A stretch of 64,000 nucleotides of DNA, from the NCBI GenBank assembly GCA_012295275.1, contig CM022665.1, positions 46,066,001 through 46,130,000 on the forward strand, written 5' to 3'. The stretch is from Chrysomallon squamiferum (lineage: Eukaryota; Animalia; Mollusca). Position 1 is the first letter of the stretch, and the number at the start of each line of letters is the position of its first letter. The notes under the pieces were generated by a model that saw only the letters and a program-made list of their open reading frames with translations, did not search any database and was not told where the DNA came from. The position numbers and the translations under genes were made by a program. Shown piece by piece: positions 1-28,165 of this stretch.

Positions 1-748
1 TCAACCAAAAATAATAAACTATTCAAACCTCTAATAACAACATTTTTATATTTATACTCGTACTGTTGCAGATTTTTATCAACATGTGTTAACATTACAA
101 AATAAATATGTTACGATGGTCTCCCCAGCACTTGTGAATGGGATGGTGGGAATCAGTGTAACTGGTGCAAGTTAAACAAAGGGATGGTACAGAAAATGTT
201 CAGAGTACAAGTACTTTGAACAATGTTCAAATTATTTGATTGTCCAAAATACTCCTATAAATAATTGCATTAAATGCATTAATTATTAACAAGTTTATTT
301 TATTTGGAACTGATTAAAAACAAAGTGTCTGTTTAATTTATTATACAAAATGAAGTTCACTAAACAAATGGGTGGCAGATATTGCTGACGTTGCCGATTA
401 ATGGTGGGCAAACTCACTGTAAGCTACAAGGGATGCTGACATTATAAACTGATAAAAGTCAAGATAATATTTTTGGAAACTATTATTATACTTTTAAATT
501 CTACTTATTTGTTTTGAGGATGCAGTCTATAGGTTGTATTTGTTTGTTTGTTTGTTTTAATGCTTGGTTCCTCAGAGTTTGAAATGTTAAATATTTGTAT
601 GACCTTTCAAATTTGGTCACAGGTGAAGAAATGCCACTTTATTAAATTGTAATAAAATAAGGTATATGACAATGACATGCTGTCTATGCTAAAGGTTCTG
701 TCATTGTTGTTCATCCATGTTGCTCATGGTCAACAGGTTAAATCTTAC

Positions 749-914
749 CTCCTCATATAAGTGTTTACACGTGCTACTTGGATCCGAATGGCCAGCAAAT
801 GATTTGGTTGGGAGAGAAACATTGAGAGCATAAATGAGCCTGTCATCTATTAATCTCCATTTCTTTAAGGCATTCTAAATAAAAATAAAAATTAATTCCT
901 GCAATATATTGGTT

Positions 915-958
<44 letters not shown>

Positions 959-1833
959 TATAATAATAGTAATGATAATAATAAAGTTAAACAAGTATGA
1001 AAAAGAATGGAGAGGAAAAAGTATCTTTAAAATATATCATTAGAGATAAGGTGATGGTGTGTTTTTTTCAATTATCTGTTGCAAAACATTTAATCTATTT
1101 CAAATAAAAATATTTTTGATGCTGCTATTGAGATGGATATACCAAAATTATGCATAATATGTATTATTAAAAATAACCTAAATTGTAACTAACTGCACAT
1201 TGTTACATAATACAAAAAGTTAAAAGATGTTTTTTGCCAAATGATGCAATCTTTAATATACAACATTTGATTTTTTTTTTACTTTCTAAATTTTGGTAAT
1301 TGTGCTTCAGTATATCTGGAAATATGCCTAAAATGAATATAATATTAACAAAAATAAAATAAAATATAAACAAACATAATATTTTACTATTTACAATGAT
1401 ATACTTTTAATACTATTAATGACAAAATCATTATTCAAAATATATTCTTGAGTTTATAATATTTTGAGTAAACAAAATAAAATATTTTAACGACAATTTA
1501 TCCAACAGTTTTCTCATCCATTTTTCGTATTTACTTACTGTTACCGAAAAATGTTGGTCTCAGCAAAATGTTAAATTTAATATTTTTTACTTCTAAACGT
1601 GATGAACGAATGACCAAATATATTCAAAAGGCTGAGTCTTTCTATAATCCATGCCGTATTTATTTAAGTCCATATTTAGTGCTTTTGCAGTGAAAAACAG
1701 ACAAAATTTAAATAAGTCAGATACTTTAAATTATAGAAATACTAAAATAAACATATTTATATCAAGACACCTGGAATAAAAGGAAATCATCACAAGAAAC
1801 TTGCTCCTGAACGTCCTCTGTGGGCGCAGACAT
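749..1833 (-). CDS. MIX23: MIX23/CCDC58 mitochondrial matrix import factor, 5' part (exons 1-2; gene continues left of the window)
   Basis: Exon 1 1833-1771 (MSAPTEDVQEQVSCDDFLLFQ, GT donor) and exon 2 874-749 (NALKKWRLIDDRLIYALNVSLPTKSFAGHSDPSSTCKHLYEE, AG acceptor, GTAAG donor) splice in phase 0. Matches remembered human CCDC58 ([38 protein letters not shown]...TCKQLYE). Missed by the ORF track. Confidence 0.9.
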
Positions 1834-2104
1834 CTTGGACTTTTCCGTTCTCATTGGAATGTGATATAAAATGAATTTTTATTTTAAAAAACTTTTACAA
1901 AATAATATCAATTTTGAAGTTACTTTATTATGTGTTTATATATTCACGTAACAATAAAAAATAATATTTTACTTCGAAAATAATTCCAGGAAATGAACAT
2001 GCTCAGTGTGCGAAAACGAAGAAAGAACTTGTCACGCTTTATATTTTTCTGAATATTTTACCGAAGCAACGAAATTTCGAAATACGTTCAACATTGATCA
2101 GTAA
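1834..2104. promoter_or_regulatory. Compact bidirectional promoter and 5'UTRs of MIX23 and importin alpha
   Basis: Divergent ATGs at 1833 (-) and 2105 (+) are 271 bp apart. Locally CpG-enriched. ATTGG (CCAAT box) near 1853; TTCCAGGAAAT (STAT/ETS-like) near 1984. Confidence 0.7.
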
Positions 2105-15710
<13,606 letters not shown>

Positions 15711-15831
15711 AAACACAACACGAAAATTTTAAGATGGTGAAAGATAAACATTTAAAAAGAAACAAGAAACAAACAAAAAAAATATCCCACACGAACAGCC
15801 AATATGTGTCATCTCTCCTAGACACTCAGCT

Positions 15832-15862
<31 letters not shown>

Positions 15863-15952
15863 GTCCAAAATGATCGCAGGAAAAATTGGGATCCTTGACA
15901 TAGTCATTAATGCCCGTCCCCCCCCCTTTTTGTCCCAGTCCTTTTTTGTTTT

Positions 15953-16007
<55 letters not shown>

Positions 16008-17913
16008 AGATGAATTAGTGTTCAAAGCTGATCAGTGTATTATCCCCACAAAGTCTTTCTCGTTTCTCGCTGAGCTGGTGAGAAGCAGCATCCAAACTGA
16101 ACAGAGCCAGTGTGCTGAGCACAGGTTTGAGTTTGTTTTATAACATTTCCCTCCCTTGACTTGCAACAAGGATCTACGTATTATTAAACTTAAAAAAAAA
16201 AAAAAAATCTCCTAACTTGTGTCTCGGAAGCCCCTTCGTTGAAAAAAATTGTTTACCAATCTCGTCCTCTGTAATGATTTATTTAAAAGTAGGTTATATC
16301 CTATTTCTAATATTCCTTGTTGGTTTTTAAAACAATTTCCCAGTGAAAAAAAAAAAAAAAAAAAGTTTCTCATTGGTTATAAGAAGGACTTTTTTTTTTT
16401 TTTTTCTTTCCCTCCCAATAAAGAACTGTTCGGAGAAAAAGAAATCCCAGAGTCCTTAATGCAGATTGAAACCCAGTCATACAGAATTGTCTCCCTTGGG
16501 GTGAATTGTCTTGGACATTGTGTTAAAGCACGAACTGTTTCTGTCATCTTGTTTCTAACCAGTTAACTTATGCTCTGTGTTATTTTCTTTGATGATTATT
16601 TATTAATATTATCTGTTTTTAATAATTTATCTCTTTTTTTTTATTTAATTTCTATGTTTTTTTTTTTTTTTTTTTTTTTTCATGTAAGAACCAACGCACA
16701 AATGTTTAATTGTATTTTTTGCAAATATTCTTTATAAAAGTATGAGAAACAAATGACTGGGATTCATTCTGCATTTGAGCACAAGAATTGCTTTGTGCTA
16801 TATACTTGTCCAGGAATTAAGTGAAAACAATTATTATGGAACCTTAAGAAAATTGGTTGAAACAATATTACGAAGAGGAAATATTCCATTTTGTTTTAAC
16901 CCACCAATTAACTGTAAAGTGAATGGAGACACAAAAACAGTGATTTATAAAATTGCCATCAAAATTACAGTCGACAGAAGTAAAATGTGTTGGCGTTTTG
17001 TTTTGCTTTTCACCAAAAACAAAATTAATTATTTTGCCACAAAAAAAAAAAAATAATAATAATAATATCTCAAGTGTATATATTCTTCTGAAGAAATGGA
17101 AATGTTTCTATTAACATTATTTAATTTTAAAAAAAAAATAATAATAATATACCACAAAATGTTTCCATTTCTATTTCTTTTATATCATTATTAATTGCAG
17201 TTGTAATATCTTTTAAAAATGAAAAAAAAAAAAAAAAATTTTATTTTATTTGATGTTTTGAAGCTAGTTATGTTTGCCACATTTATGTTCACATTAGTTC
17301 CTAAAGTTTTTTGGAACTACATTTAGGAAAGTAATTTTTTCATGTACAAATATCTGGACTGAATTTTTTTGTTATTACTATTTAATTATTTCATTTTGTA
17401 TGACTTGTTCTTGGAGAATGCAGTCTTTTGATTCAATTACATCTCCACAAAAAAAAAAACAACAACAACAAAAAATAACATCCTTCCATGTTGAAAACAA
17501 AATGATTTAAGTCTGCATTATTTACTACTATAATGATGCACATATTTAATTTTTTAATTTATGTTTCTTTATTTATTTCAACCATATCAGAAATTGTTGT
17601 TTGTAAACCAATAACCATTGGGTGTAACTAATCGCTAGTATTTTAAAAATGTACAGGAAATAAGGGTTCAAAAATTCAATTAACACTTCTTTTTTTTTCT
17701 TTTTTTTTTTTTTTTATTTTAATTTTTTTTTTTTTTTTTTTTTTTTTGTTGCCATCTAGTGATAATCCCTTATTAAAGACCTAATTTTTGTTTCTAAAGC
17801 AAGGGATTGTTAAACAACATAGGTATTTTTAAACATTTTTTAAAACATTTTATTATATTTTATTTTATTTTAATTTATTAAATTTAATTTAATTTTATTT
17901 TTATTTTTATTAT

Positions 17914-17953
<40 letters not shown>

Positions 17954-18885
17954 TTTTTTTTTATTTATTAATTTTTATTTTTGTTAAATAATATATATTT
18001 TTTTCATTATTAATTTTAAATAATATAGTTATAGCTAGTTGCTGATGTCACAGTTATTTTTATCCACTCATTTTGGTTCTTTCATTTTGCTAAATTATGC
18101 TTTTTTTACTTTCCACATAATAAATTAAGCTTAAATCTGTCAGTTTAGGCCACAGCTGGTCATTTTAAGCTGCAGTATTCTGACATGTCAGATTCATGCT
18201 GGTATGTTAGTATTGCTCCATTAAGCTCATGTTAGGCTGCAGTAGGCTGTTACATTAAGCTACTGATGTGGTCTGTCACGTTAGGCTGCAGAAGGCTGCC
18301 ACATTAAGCTGATGCTACCCCCCTGTTACGTTAGGCTGCAGAAAACTGCCACATTAAGCTGATGCAGCCTGTCATGTTAAGCTTACAATATATTGTCATA
18401 TCAGCTTTTCGTCATCTCTTGCTGTCAGATTAGGCTGCTAACACTGTCACTGAACAGGACGTTTGAAACACAGCAGTCTGTACATCTGTGCTATTTTTTA
18501 CAACATCGGCAACAGCTTACGCCCGCGTTAGGCTGCTGTACACTACTACTACTACTACTACTGTTGTGTTGAATTGATGTCCACTGCTGGCAAACTTTAA
18601 CCTGCTTACAAATGCTTTATATTTGATAATAGGAGACTGCATTCCCGGGACAACTAGTCTGTGTCCGTGTTGTGCTGTAGATTTAACAGTAGAATCTATT
18701 TGGGGAATTTTTTTGGTATTTTGGTTTGTATATGTGTATCTAGGTAAGACGTTCTCATGCTGTCTGTTAGATATAGGCACTGGTTTCTAGTGTTCTCATT
18801 ATTATGCTTCATCCTTAATAATATATTTTTTTATTTTTTTTAAATTACATTATTATTATTATTATTATTATTATTGTTGCTGTTG

Positions 18886-18963
<78 letters not shown>

Positions 18964-19230
18964 GAGTTTCAAGGAAAGACCACCCTCAAAATGAGACAGG
19001 ATTTCATCATTAATACAAACTCGGTGATTAACATACAAATCTGTCAGTTTTTCTTTAGCATTCTTATCCCAGAAAACAAGGTGTGTAAATTACAAAGGGG
19101 AAATTTTCTGTTTTTTTTTTTTTTTTTAATTGTATAGTGGTTTGTTTTGCAACTCCAAAATGGAAAACTTTAAAAAGTCTTTGTTATGAAATGTGCATTT
19201 CTCTGAAGATTAATTTTAATCTTCATAGAG

Positions 19231-19266
<36 letters not shown>

Positions 19267-21038
19267 CATCATTATTATTATTATTATTATGGTTGTTGTT
19301 GTTGTATGTACAAAGTAAAATAGTTACTTTTTTTTTTTTTTCTTTCAAATTTGATGATTTAGTGTTTTCTTAAAGAAACCAGTGCTGATATGTTACTGGG
19401 AGGACTGAATGAGAAATTGTAACTAAAACTTGATCTTCAAACTTCAATATCCATCATATACAGTGAAATAAGAAAACAGTTTAAGGGGAACAATAATTGA
19501 ATCGCTCTTTAAAAAATTAAAACGATTTGGTTGAGATGTTACAAGTGCACGAAAACTTTCTTTACTTTGTTGTTATTTATCTACTTTTTTTTCCATCCTT
19601 CATTTCAGAAATGAAGAATTTTTTCTTTTTTAATTTTTAGGAGGGTTGGTATTATCATTTTAAAAATAAAAGAAGAAGAAATTATTGTAATGGAATGATA
19701 AAAAAAAACAAAAAACAGCAGTAGCTGTATTTAAAAGAATGGTGAGAAGTGCTCTGTTATGATGAAATTAAAAAAAAAAAAAAATCTACCCCATCAAATT
19801 TACAACCAGTAGCATCTTGACTTCGAGATCAGTAATAATAATAACAATAAATTTATTATCATGGCCAATATATTTCTGATGCCGAAGTTAATAAATATTT
19901 GTTTATAAAAGTAATGAATTTTGATTAAATTAAATAATGCAGGTAAATATTCAACAAATTGTGATTACATATGGATATTGCTGTAAAGACAAATTATGGA
20001 TATTGCAGTCTGAAGATTTCGTTGTAGATTGCAGACATGCAGACAACACATGCAAAATGCAACAAACAGATATATCAACAACAACAAAAAAAAAAAAAAA
20101 AAATACATTCATTTTCAAAAACAGATGGGGAAAGGGACGGGATGGTATTTTTAAGGGATTATAGCAGAATAAAAATTTTCCGTAAGAACTTTATATATTT
20201 GTAAGTGCGTGCATGTGCTTTAGCTTTGTGTGTGCGCGTGTGCGCATGTGTTCGTTGATGTGCAGCAATAAATAAACCATGGTTGAAGTAAGACTGGTTG
20301 TCATGGAAATGTGGTTGTGAAATTTTTTTTTTTGTGGGGTTGGGATTTGCAAGTAAAGATGATAAAAGGCTGAGGGACCAAATGAGTATTATTCAGGTGT
20401 GTGGGTGTGGTTGTGGGTGTGTGTTGGGTTGGGGTTGGGTTGGAGTTGGGTCAAAATGACAGATGATGCAAGGGACCATGAAATCAGCTGCTGTGAATGC
20501 ATGCAAACAGAGAGGAGAGAAAACTTGCACGTGCATGCATGTTAGACTGTATGGTGCTAGTATCTGTTAGGTCACACTGGTGTATGTTTGTGTGTCAGGT
20601 TCATGTGATAAATGAATGATGTTGAAGATATATATATATAAATATACAAGTAAGTTAGGTGCTAGTAAGAAAATGTGTGTTTCAGATATGTGTGTGTGTG
20701 TGTGCAGTGATGTATACATGTATAAAAGAATGATAATGTATGTAATATTGTGTGTGTGTGTTATATTTGAGTAATGTGAGTGTATGTATGTCACATGAAT
20801 AATGATTACGAGTATGTAATAAGTGAATAATGAAAAGTGATTTGTGTGTGCGTGCATGTGGTGATGTGCATTACTAGATGTTAAGACGCGAGAGATCATG
20901 GGTTGTGATTCAGTTAAAACTACATGCTGGTGTGTTTGTGATGTGTGTGTGTGTATGTGTGAGATGTATGTAATTTGTGTGAAAATACATAAAAGGCAAT
21001 ATGTGCAATTAATGAAGGAACTTTTTTTAATTTTTTGT

Positions 21039-21073
<35 letters not shown>

Positions 21074-21950
21074 CTAACATGACTGAATCTGGTCACAGAG
21101 AGAACAAAAAAAAAAGTGTTTGTTGTGTTTCAGAAGAAATGGTGTTAGTTGAAAAAAAAAAAAAAGAAAAGAGGTTTCAGATCAAAACATCAAAACTGAT
21201 AAAGGAGGATTAAAAAAAATTGCCTGGAGTGTCCGATGACCGACTCGTTTTCTGTAAGAGAGTACTAGCAGGGTTGGGGGGGAAGAGTAAAAAGGTGAGC
21301 ACGGAGGAGAGCAGGGTGAGTCGAGTGTGATCAGTGAGTGAACGATTACGGACTGGAGAGTGAGTTGACAAGGTTGTGCTGATAGCCACTGATGAGAAAT
21401 GTGATAGTGTATTTTGATAACAGTGTGTACTCTTTAATTTCCTTCAAAATAACTTAAACTGTTGGATATCTGCCTCAATTTTGGGTTTTGTTTTTGATTG
21501 AAAAATCATGAGAACGACCAAAAACAAGTCTGGTTTGCTCAAAAAAACAAAACAAATTTCAAGGTGCTAACAAATACTAAAAAGCCAGTGTTCAAAAAAA
21601 TAAATATTTTCCAAATCAATATTGTTGGGCAAACAGATTCTTAATGTTTAAAGTGCCTGTGACCGCAGAGGCATGGTGGGGTCGAAGGGGTTGAATGGGT
21701 CTGGGGGTGGGGTGTTCATGCAAAACACATGTACATAGTACAAACCCTGGCATTTTGTATGTACCAAACTTATATATATATAATTATATATCTATATCTA
21801 TATATATATATATATAATATATATACATACAAAATTAAAACATGATGCCAAAACCTTTTTCACAAAACAGAAAGTTTGCACAGGTAAATTACATCCAAGT
21901 CGTGTGTTTTATCTGTGTGGAAAAATAAAACAACTTGCCATTCATTTGTG
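15711..21950 (+). other. Putative long 3'UTR of importin alpha ending at a distal poly(A) site
   Basis: No coding exons found. AATAAA at 21924-21929 is followed by a GT-rich tract (21945-21985). Other AATAAA near 16417 and 20267. The extent is inferred. Confidence 0.4.
18160..18440 (+). repeat. Degenerate ~50-bp tandem repeat (gttaggctgcag...cacattaagctgatg)
   Basis: 4-6 recognisable copies, GC-richer than the flanks. Confidence 0.75.
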
Positions 21951-22774
21951 TTTGTTATTTTGTTGTTGTTGTTGCTGTTGATGTTATAGTCGTCTCACCT
22001 TAATTTGTTGTCTTATTATTGGTAATTATTAATTTGTACAAGAATGCATCTACCAATATTTTTCCTTCTGCAATATATATATATTTTTTTATTTATTAGT
22101 TATTTATTTATATTTTTTTTTTTTTTTTTTTACTTATTATATTTTATTTTTATTTATTTTTTTTTTTTATATTTTTTATTATTATCAATATATATATTTT
22201 TTTCATTTCATTTTATTTTGGTTTAATTTAATTAACATAAATTCCTCCTTTCTTAACACCTTTTTTAAAATTTTAAATTAATTAAATATATGAGATAAAA
22301 ACTGGTGTACCTAAATACCTTGAACAAAGAGGATTGATAAAGAAAAATACTACAAAAAAAAAGAAGAAAAGTATCTTGCACCATGCAGTTGAAAAACAAT
22401 AGATAAAAATTAATAAAGTAAAATTTAGTCATTTTTATCATGTTAATAGAAACTGACTTGTGGTGATAGTAGAATGCAAAGGATCCAGGATCAATTCTCC
22501 AAATGGGCTACTTCACACTGCAACCTGTATATCACTGATAGTTGCATGTGCTGTACGAAAATACTATTATTACATTTGCATACTCACTTAAGACTTATCC
22601 TTGCATTAGAAATATATTGTTTCTCTGATTCCACCAGAGACAAAATACACAGGGAGTTAATATTTTGGTAGCGTATTGGTCAAATACGTAGATATATTTT
22701 TGGTTGGGATTGCGACAGAGTATTGGGTTGAAGTACAATATGTTCAAGGAAATTTTTCTTTCTTAACATCAATT

Positions 22775-22910
22775 CAGCTATTTTCTGTTAACAACCAGAT
22801 TACCTAACAAGTTTATCAAAGACTCTGGTATGTTCCTTCATCTCAGTGAAAAAGCACATGAAAAGGATCCTTTGCTTAAGGTTATAATTATTTGAAGACC
22901 TTTCCTCAAC
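22775..22910 (+). mobile_element. Degenerate SINE core remnant (Deu/Nin-domain-like)
   Basis: gctattttctgttaacaaccag...tatcaaagactctggtatgtt...gcacatgaaaaggatcctttgct is collinear with the remembered mollusc SINE core gctatttctcgttccagccag...tatcaaaggccgtggtatgtg...gcatataaaagatcccttgct. Confidence 0.45.
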
Positions 22911-23434
22911 TTCTCATGGTATATTTTAATATGTGTATCATTATGAGAAACCTGTTACTCAAAATGTGTCCTGTGTTTAATATGTGGATCATATTTTGAT
23001 CATCTGTGTAGTATTAAACATAGATGTAACCTATAGACTGAAAAGATGCTTCATTTGACAGCAAATAAAACATTTCTTACTAAATTTGATTTTTTTTTTT
23101 CTATAATTATAAATTTAAATGAAATCTTTTTTTTGTTTTTCGAAGGAGTTGGCATAACTCTACATCATTATACATTAAAGTGGTTGAATGTTGATGAAAA
23201 TGTATCTTAAAAAAAAAACTTCAAGCAAAGTATTGAATTTAAGAACAGACAAAATATTTTCTTAAACAAAAAACAGAACAAAATAATTTTATAAAAAAAA
23301 AAAATAATAATAAAAAATTTATTTTTTAAAAGACCATACAAAAAATTATTTACAAATAAAAATAATATAAATGTTCTTTTTTGTACGTTTAATTTTCAAG
23401 TACTAATTTCATCTTCATTTTTAAAATCCATTTT

Positions 23435-23470
<36 letters not shown>

Positions 23471-24288
23471 ATTAATGTATTTATTGATTTTTTAAATTAT
23501 TATTAATGTATTTTATTCCTGTTCTGTTTTGTAACTTGTTTCCTATCCGAAATGTCAAATGTTTAAGGTTCCTTTGAGATTCACAAAAACAAATAAAACA
23601 GTAAGCTCCCTATATGTCAGTCAACAAAACTTACAGATTAGCTGAAAGAAATATAAATATGTGATAAGTGAGATGGTTTGATAAAAATTTCTTCCAGTTA
23701 TTCACTAAAACTATCTTTAAAAATTACGAGTGAAACAAAAAATCTAAACTGTTAGATGTAAAATATACATTCTTAAGATAATTTAGTTGGTTTTAATGAA
23801 ACCTGAATTTATTTATTTTATTTATTTATTTATTTTATTTATTATATTATATTATATTATATTATATTATATTATATTATATTATATTATATTTTCTTCA
23901 GTGCATAACTATTTAAAAATATATTGGCAGGATTCACAAAAGCTATGCATTCAAAATGGCCATCATGGATTTCAAAGTGCCAAAACTGAGAAACATCCAC
24001 TATCTTCGATAGATCATAATTAAATTCAATCAGATTTTTGTTAAATATATAAAATATATTTCTGATAATGTCATCTGGTTATAGTGATATTATGTTTTTG
24101 TACTGTTATAATCACAGCCTTAATCTGGAATGACAAAAACATTTCCACTACAAATTACTTGCAAACACATCAGTTTCACGTTTCATTTTATTTTATTAAA
24201 TAAATTTCTATTTAATTTTATTTATTTAGTTCATTTTTTTTTTATTATGATTTATTTTTTAAAATTATTTCTTATTTTATTTATTATG

Positions 24289-24345
<57 letters not shown>

Positions 24346-25196
24346 ATTTTACTAAAAACAACAAAAATATTAAAAAAAAAAAAAAAAACAGCAACAAAAT
24401 AATTAATAGAAAATAAAAAAAGATTTAAAAAAACAAAACAAAAACAAGAACAAATAAATAGATTTTAAAAAATAAAGAAATAAAAGCAATGCTCTTCAAA
24501 ATTGTACAAAATTAATTCTTTTCATGAATGAAAGAAAAATGCAATGCATTTCTGATTTATATTTTTATTATATTTTTTTAAACCACTACATGTGTTGTAA
24601 AGATTCTTTTTAATTAGTTTCTTTTCCATTGTTTTTAAATCTCATTTAATCTATCCTAATTCAATATCTGAAAAAAAAAATTAAAATATTCATAACTCTT
24701 TTTTATATTTTGTGACAACTTTATGTGTTGGGCTGTTGGATGTTTGTAGTACTTGACAATTTTGAAGAAATAAACATCAAATAAACATCAAAAAATCATT
24801 TAAAAAAAAAAAGATATAATGTGTTTAAAATATTGGAATATGTTGCAGCTATATGTGTCTGTGTATCTGTTGGCATGACAACATGTAACTGCAACAAATG
24901 CTTTGGAAATTTTTGGTTTAATTTTCTAAAGCAATTTTTGTGCAATAGAATTAATTATAATTTTCATCTGCTACTTTTCACAATTCAGAGTTTAAAACAA
25001 AAATTAACTGTCAAACTCCCATAGAACTTGGATGTAGAATATTTATCTAAGACTATTATTATTATTATTTAATTGGTGCAACCATTTTCTTACCTGAGGG
25101 TTTGAAAAAATTGTTTAACTTATTCTGCACAAGAAACAGGCTTTAAAATAAACAGCAAATATGAACATATTTATCAGTAGCTTCTTTTCATTATTC

Positions 25197-25236
<40 letters not shown>

Positions 25237-25395
25237 CACTTCATTTGTGGATAAATAAATAAAACATGAATCGGAACATGTTGATGAAATATTTCAAAAC
25301 CTGCAACATGTGAAAATGAACATTAAAAAAAGTAACCAAGATTGTTCGTTTAGCTTAAATAAAACTTTTTTATTTATGAATTACTGTCATCATGC

Positions 25396-25431
<36 letters not shown>

Positions 25432-27131
25432 AAACAAAAGCATGAACATTTGAAAAACAAACAAAAAACAAACATAAATATACAAAAAGTTATACCGGTA
25501 CATCAACAGTACTCCAGTATTTGCCTTTGATCAAGGTTAAATGTAGCCTGCTGCAAATTAAATAGATTTTTATTTATTTATTTATTTATTATTATTAAAT
25601 CTGTTGGCTGGTTCTTGGAGAATATTTGTATTAGTAGATATAACATTTCCAAAGATTAAAGTGAACAAATTAACAAACAAAATCCACAGTTACATATCAA
25701 AATAATTTGTTAGTACATGGGTATAAAGATTTTAGTTGTATAATTTACTATCATTAATTAAACAAACTGATGTTTGACATCTAAAAACTGATAATATTCT
25801 AACATTATGATGTTAAATTAACATTAATTAACTTTCATGATTCTCTAAGTGAAACAACAAAACTAATGTCTGTAAATAAATGTATAATATTAAATAAATA
25901 AATAAATAAATAAATAAAATATTTAAAAATATACTTGAAGATCTCACTTCCAATCAGTTAACATAATGGACAGATCTGGAAAATACTGCTGGATGTAAAT
26001 AACACCAATGTATCTAAACACAACTTTGATTATATAAATATTTTTTTAAAAATATATAAAAATGCTATATTTAATAAATAAACATTCTAAAGAAAACAAA
26101 CTACATGAGAAAAAAAACAACAACTGAGAATTAAACTCCATCTATGAAATTTATACTTCAGAATCTAATATTTAAAAAACAAGAAGAAAAAAAAAAAAGT
26201 TTCATATTTTAAAAGTAGGTAATTAACTGATTAAAAACTTACCAAGAGCTAAAAATGTATGAAAGTTGTAACTGAATAGACAAACATATGGATGATTATT
26301 TTCATCTTTCATTTTTAAAAATTATTTTGTATTTTACATTTAATCAAAATTTAAAAAAAGGATTTAAAAAATAATATATCTTTCATACTCCTCCTCATTA
26401 TAACAATAAGCTCCTGACACTAGCTGTAATGAGAGAGAACCAAATTGATCAAATCTTACAGTAACATCTTACTGAGAGCATACTGAAAGTACAGGTATCA
26501 TCTTTTACAAGTATTTGAATTCTGAGGGAATACTTAAAGTACAGCACTCAATACTGACATATTCAACTGGGACCAGGCACACCAGAAAGTACTCATCAAT
26601 GATCCCTTCGCCAAAATAAAAACCTAACATCTCACATCACTGGGATCTTCCCCATTTGACAACTTGTGCGAAAAACCAGAAGTCGAAAAAAACACTAAAA
26701 TACTGGCTAATACGCACACGACCATGTACACAAACTGTTACGTCAATCGTCCGAAAATGTCCGACATGGCGAAGAAGCGCAGACGTGAGACGTCTGAAGC
26801 AAACCTGATGTCACAGCAGTGGTAGTTGCAATCCACAGCCAGTTTATTAAATAGTTTGACATCCACTTCATAGTGAAGTGTTTAGTAATAATAATAATAA
26901 TAACAAAAAGCTATAAGTAGTAATTAGAAATATCAAAACTTATTTCACAATTTGCAGGATTTTCATGTACATACAGTTAAATGAAGATGATTACATTTTA
27001 CATGTTATTTATTTTACTAATTTAATTTTAATTTTTTTTTTTTTTTTTTCTCCCCAGACCCTTGAAATGTTTATGATACAGAGCAAGTTTTGGAACTGGT
27101 ATATCTTGTAAAGGTATTAGCATATAGCTAA

Positions 27132-27162
<31 letters not shown>

Positions 27163-27918
27163 TATTATTATTATTGTTACAACAAATATGTGATAATTTA
27201 TAATTACAGTTGTTGTTTTTTTGAGCTTTCTTATTTAAAAGACACTTTTTGTCATATTTTGAACATGGTAATTAATTTTCCATATATATATATAGAAAAA
27301 AAAATACATGTTTTTTGACTGTTATTTTATGATTAATACAAATAATCTGAAGAACCTATCACTTTAACACCTAACTGGAAGAAATGGAAATTAAAAAAAA
27401 AAAAATTGTTTCACAAATATTTCTAACACTACTCTGAATTATGAATTCTGTACATAACAAATAAATAAATAAACATATATAAGCAATCTCTATCAACAAA
27501 CAATAATTTCATTCTACTTCAGGTTGTGAATTAAAGCCAAATTACTTTATTTTATTACTAGTCACAAAAAATCAGATCTTTAAATTTAAATAATAATAAT
27601 AAAAAAAAAAAGACTAGGGATCCCTGTAAAATGAAAACACACATTAAAAAAAAAAAAAAAAAAAAAATCCTGTAAAATGAAAAAAATTATTAAAAAAAAA
27701 ATTATTATTAAAATTAAATGAAAAATACATACTCTATCAATATATACACAAGATATCACAGCAAAAGGCTAGGTTTCCATCTCCAAAGAATATCGGACCA
27801 GCCTAAAACAAAACACATGAAAAAAAATCCACAATGTAACAAAATCATTTCAAAATGTACACAAATAATACTGGTCGATCACAGAGTGTGGGTGTGTCTA
27901 ACATAAAACTTTCTTGAT

Positions 27919-27927
27919 ATAATAATA

Positions 27928-27969
<42 letters not shown>

Positions 27970-27987
27970 GTAATAATAATAGTAATA

Positions 27988-28045
<58 letters not shown>

Positions 28046-28165
28046 TATTCAATATCATAATAATCATAAAATAAATAAATAAAAATAAATAAATAAATAA
28101 ATGATAATAATAATGATAATATAATAATAATAATAATATTAATAATAATAATAATATTCATAATC
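27919..28165. repeat. (AAT)n microsatellite field
   Basis: Long AAT/ATT runs. Similar arrays at ~18850-18962, 29320-29790, 37370-37670, 43470-43930 and 62280-62416. Confidence 0.95.

Noticed and set aside
20395-20451. TTGGG/TTGGGG run as an interstitial telomere
   Set aside because: Only a few irregular units and not TTAGGG; kept only as a possible G-quadruplex.
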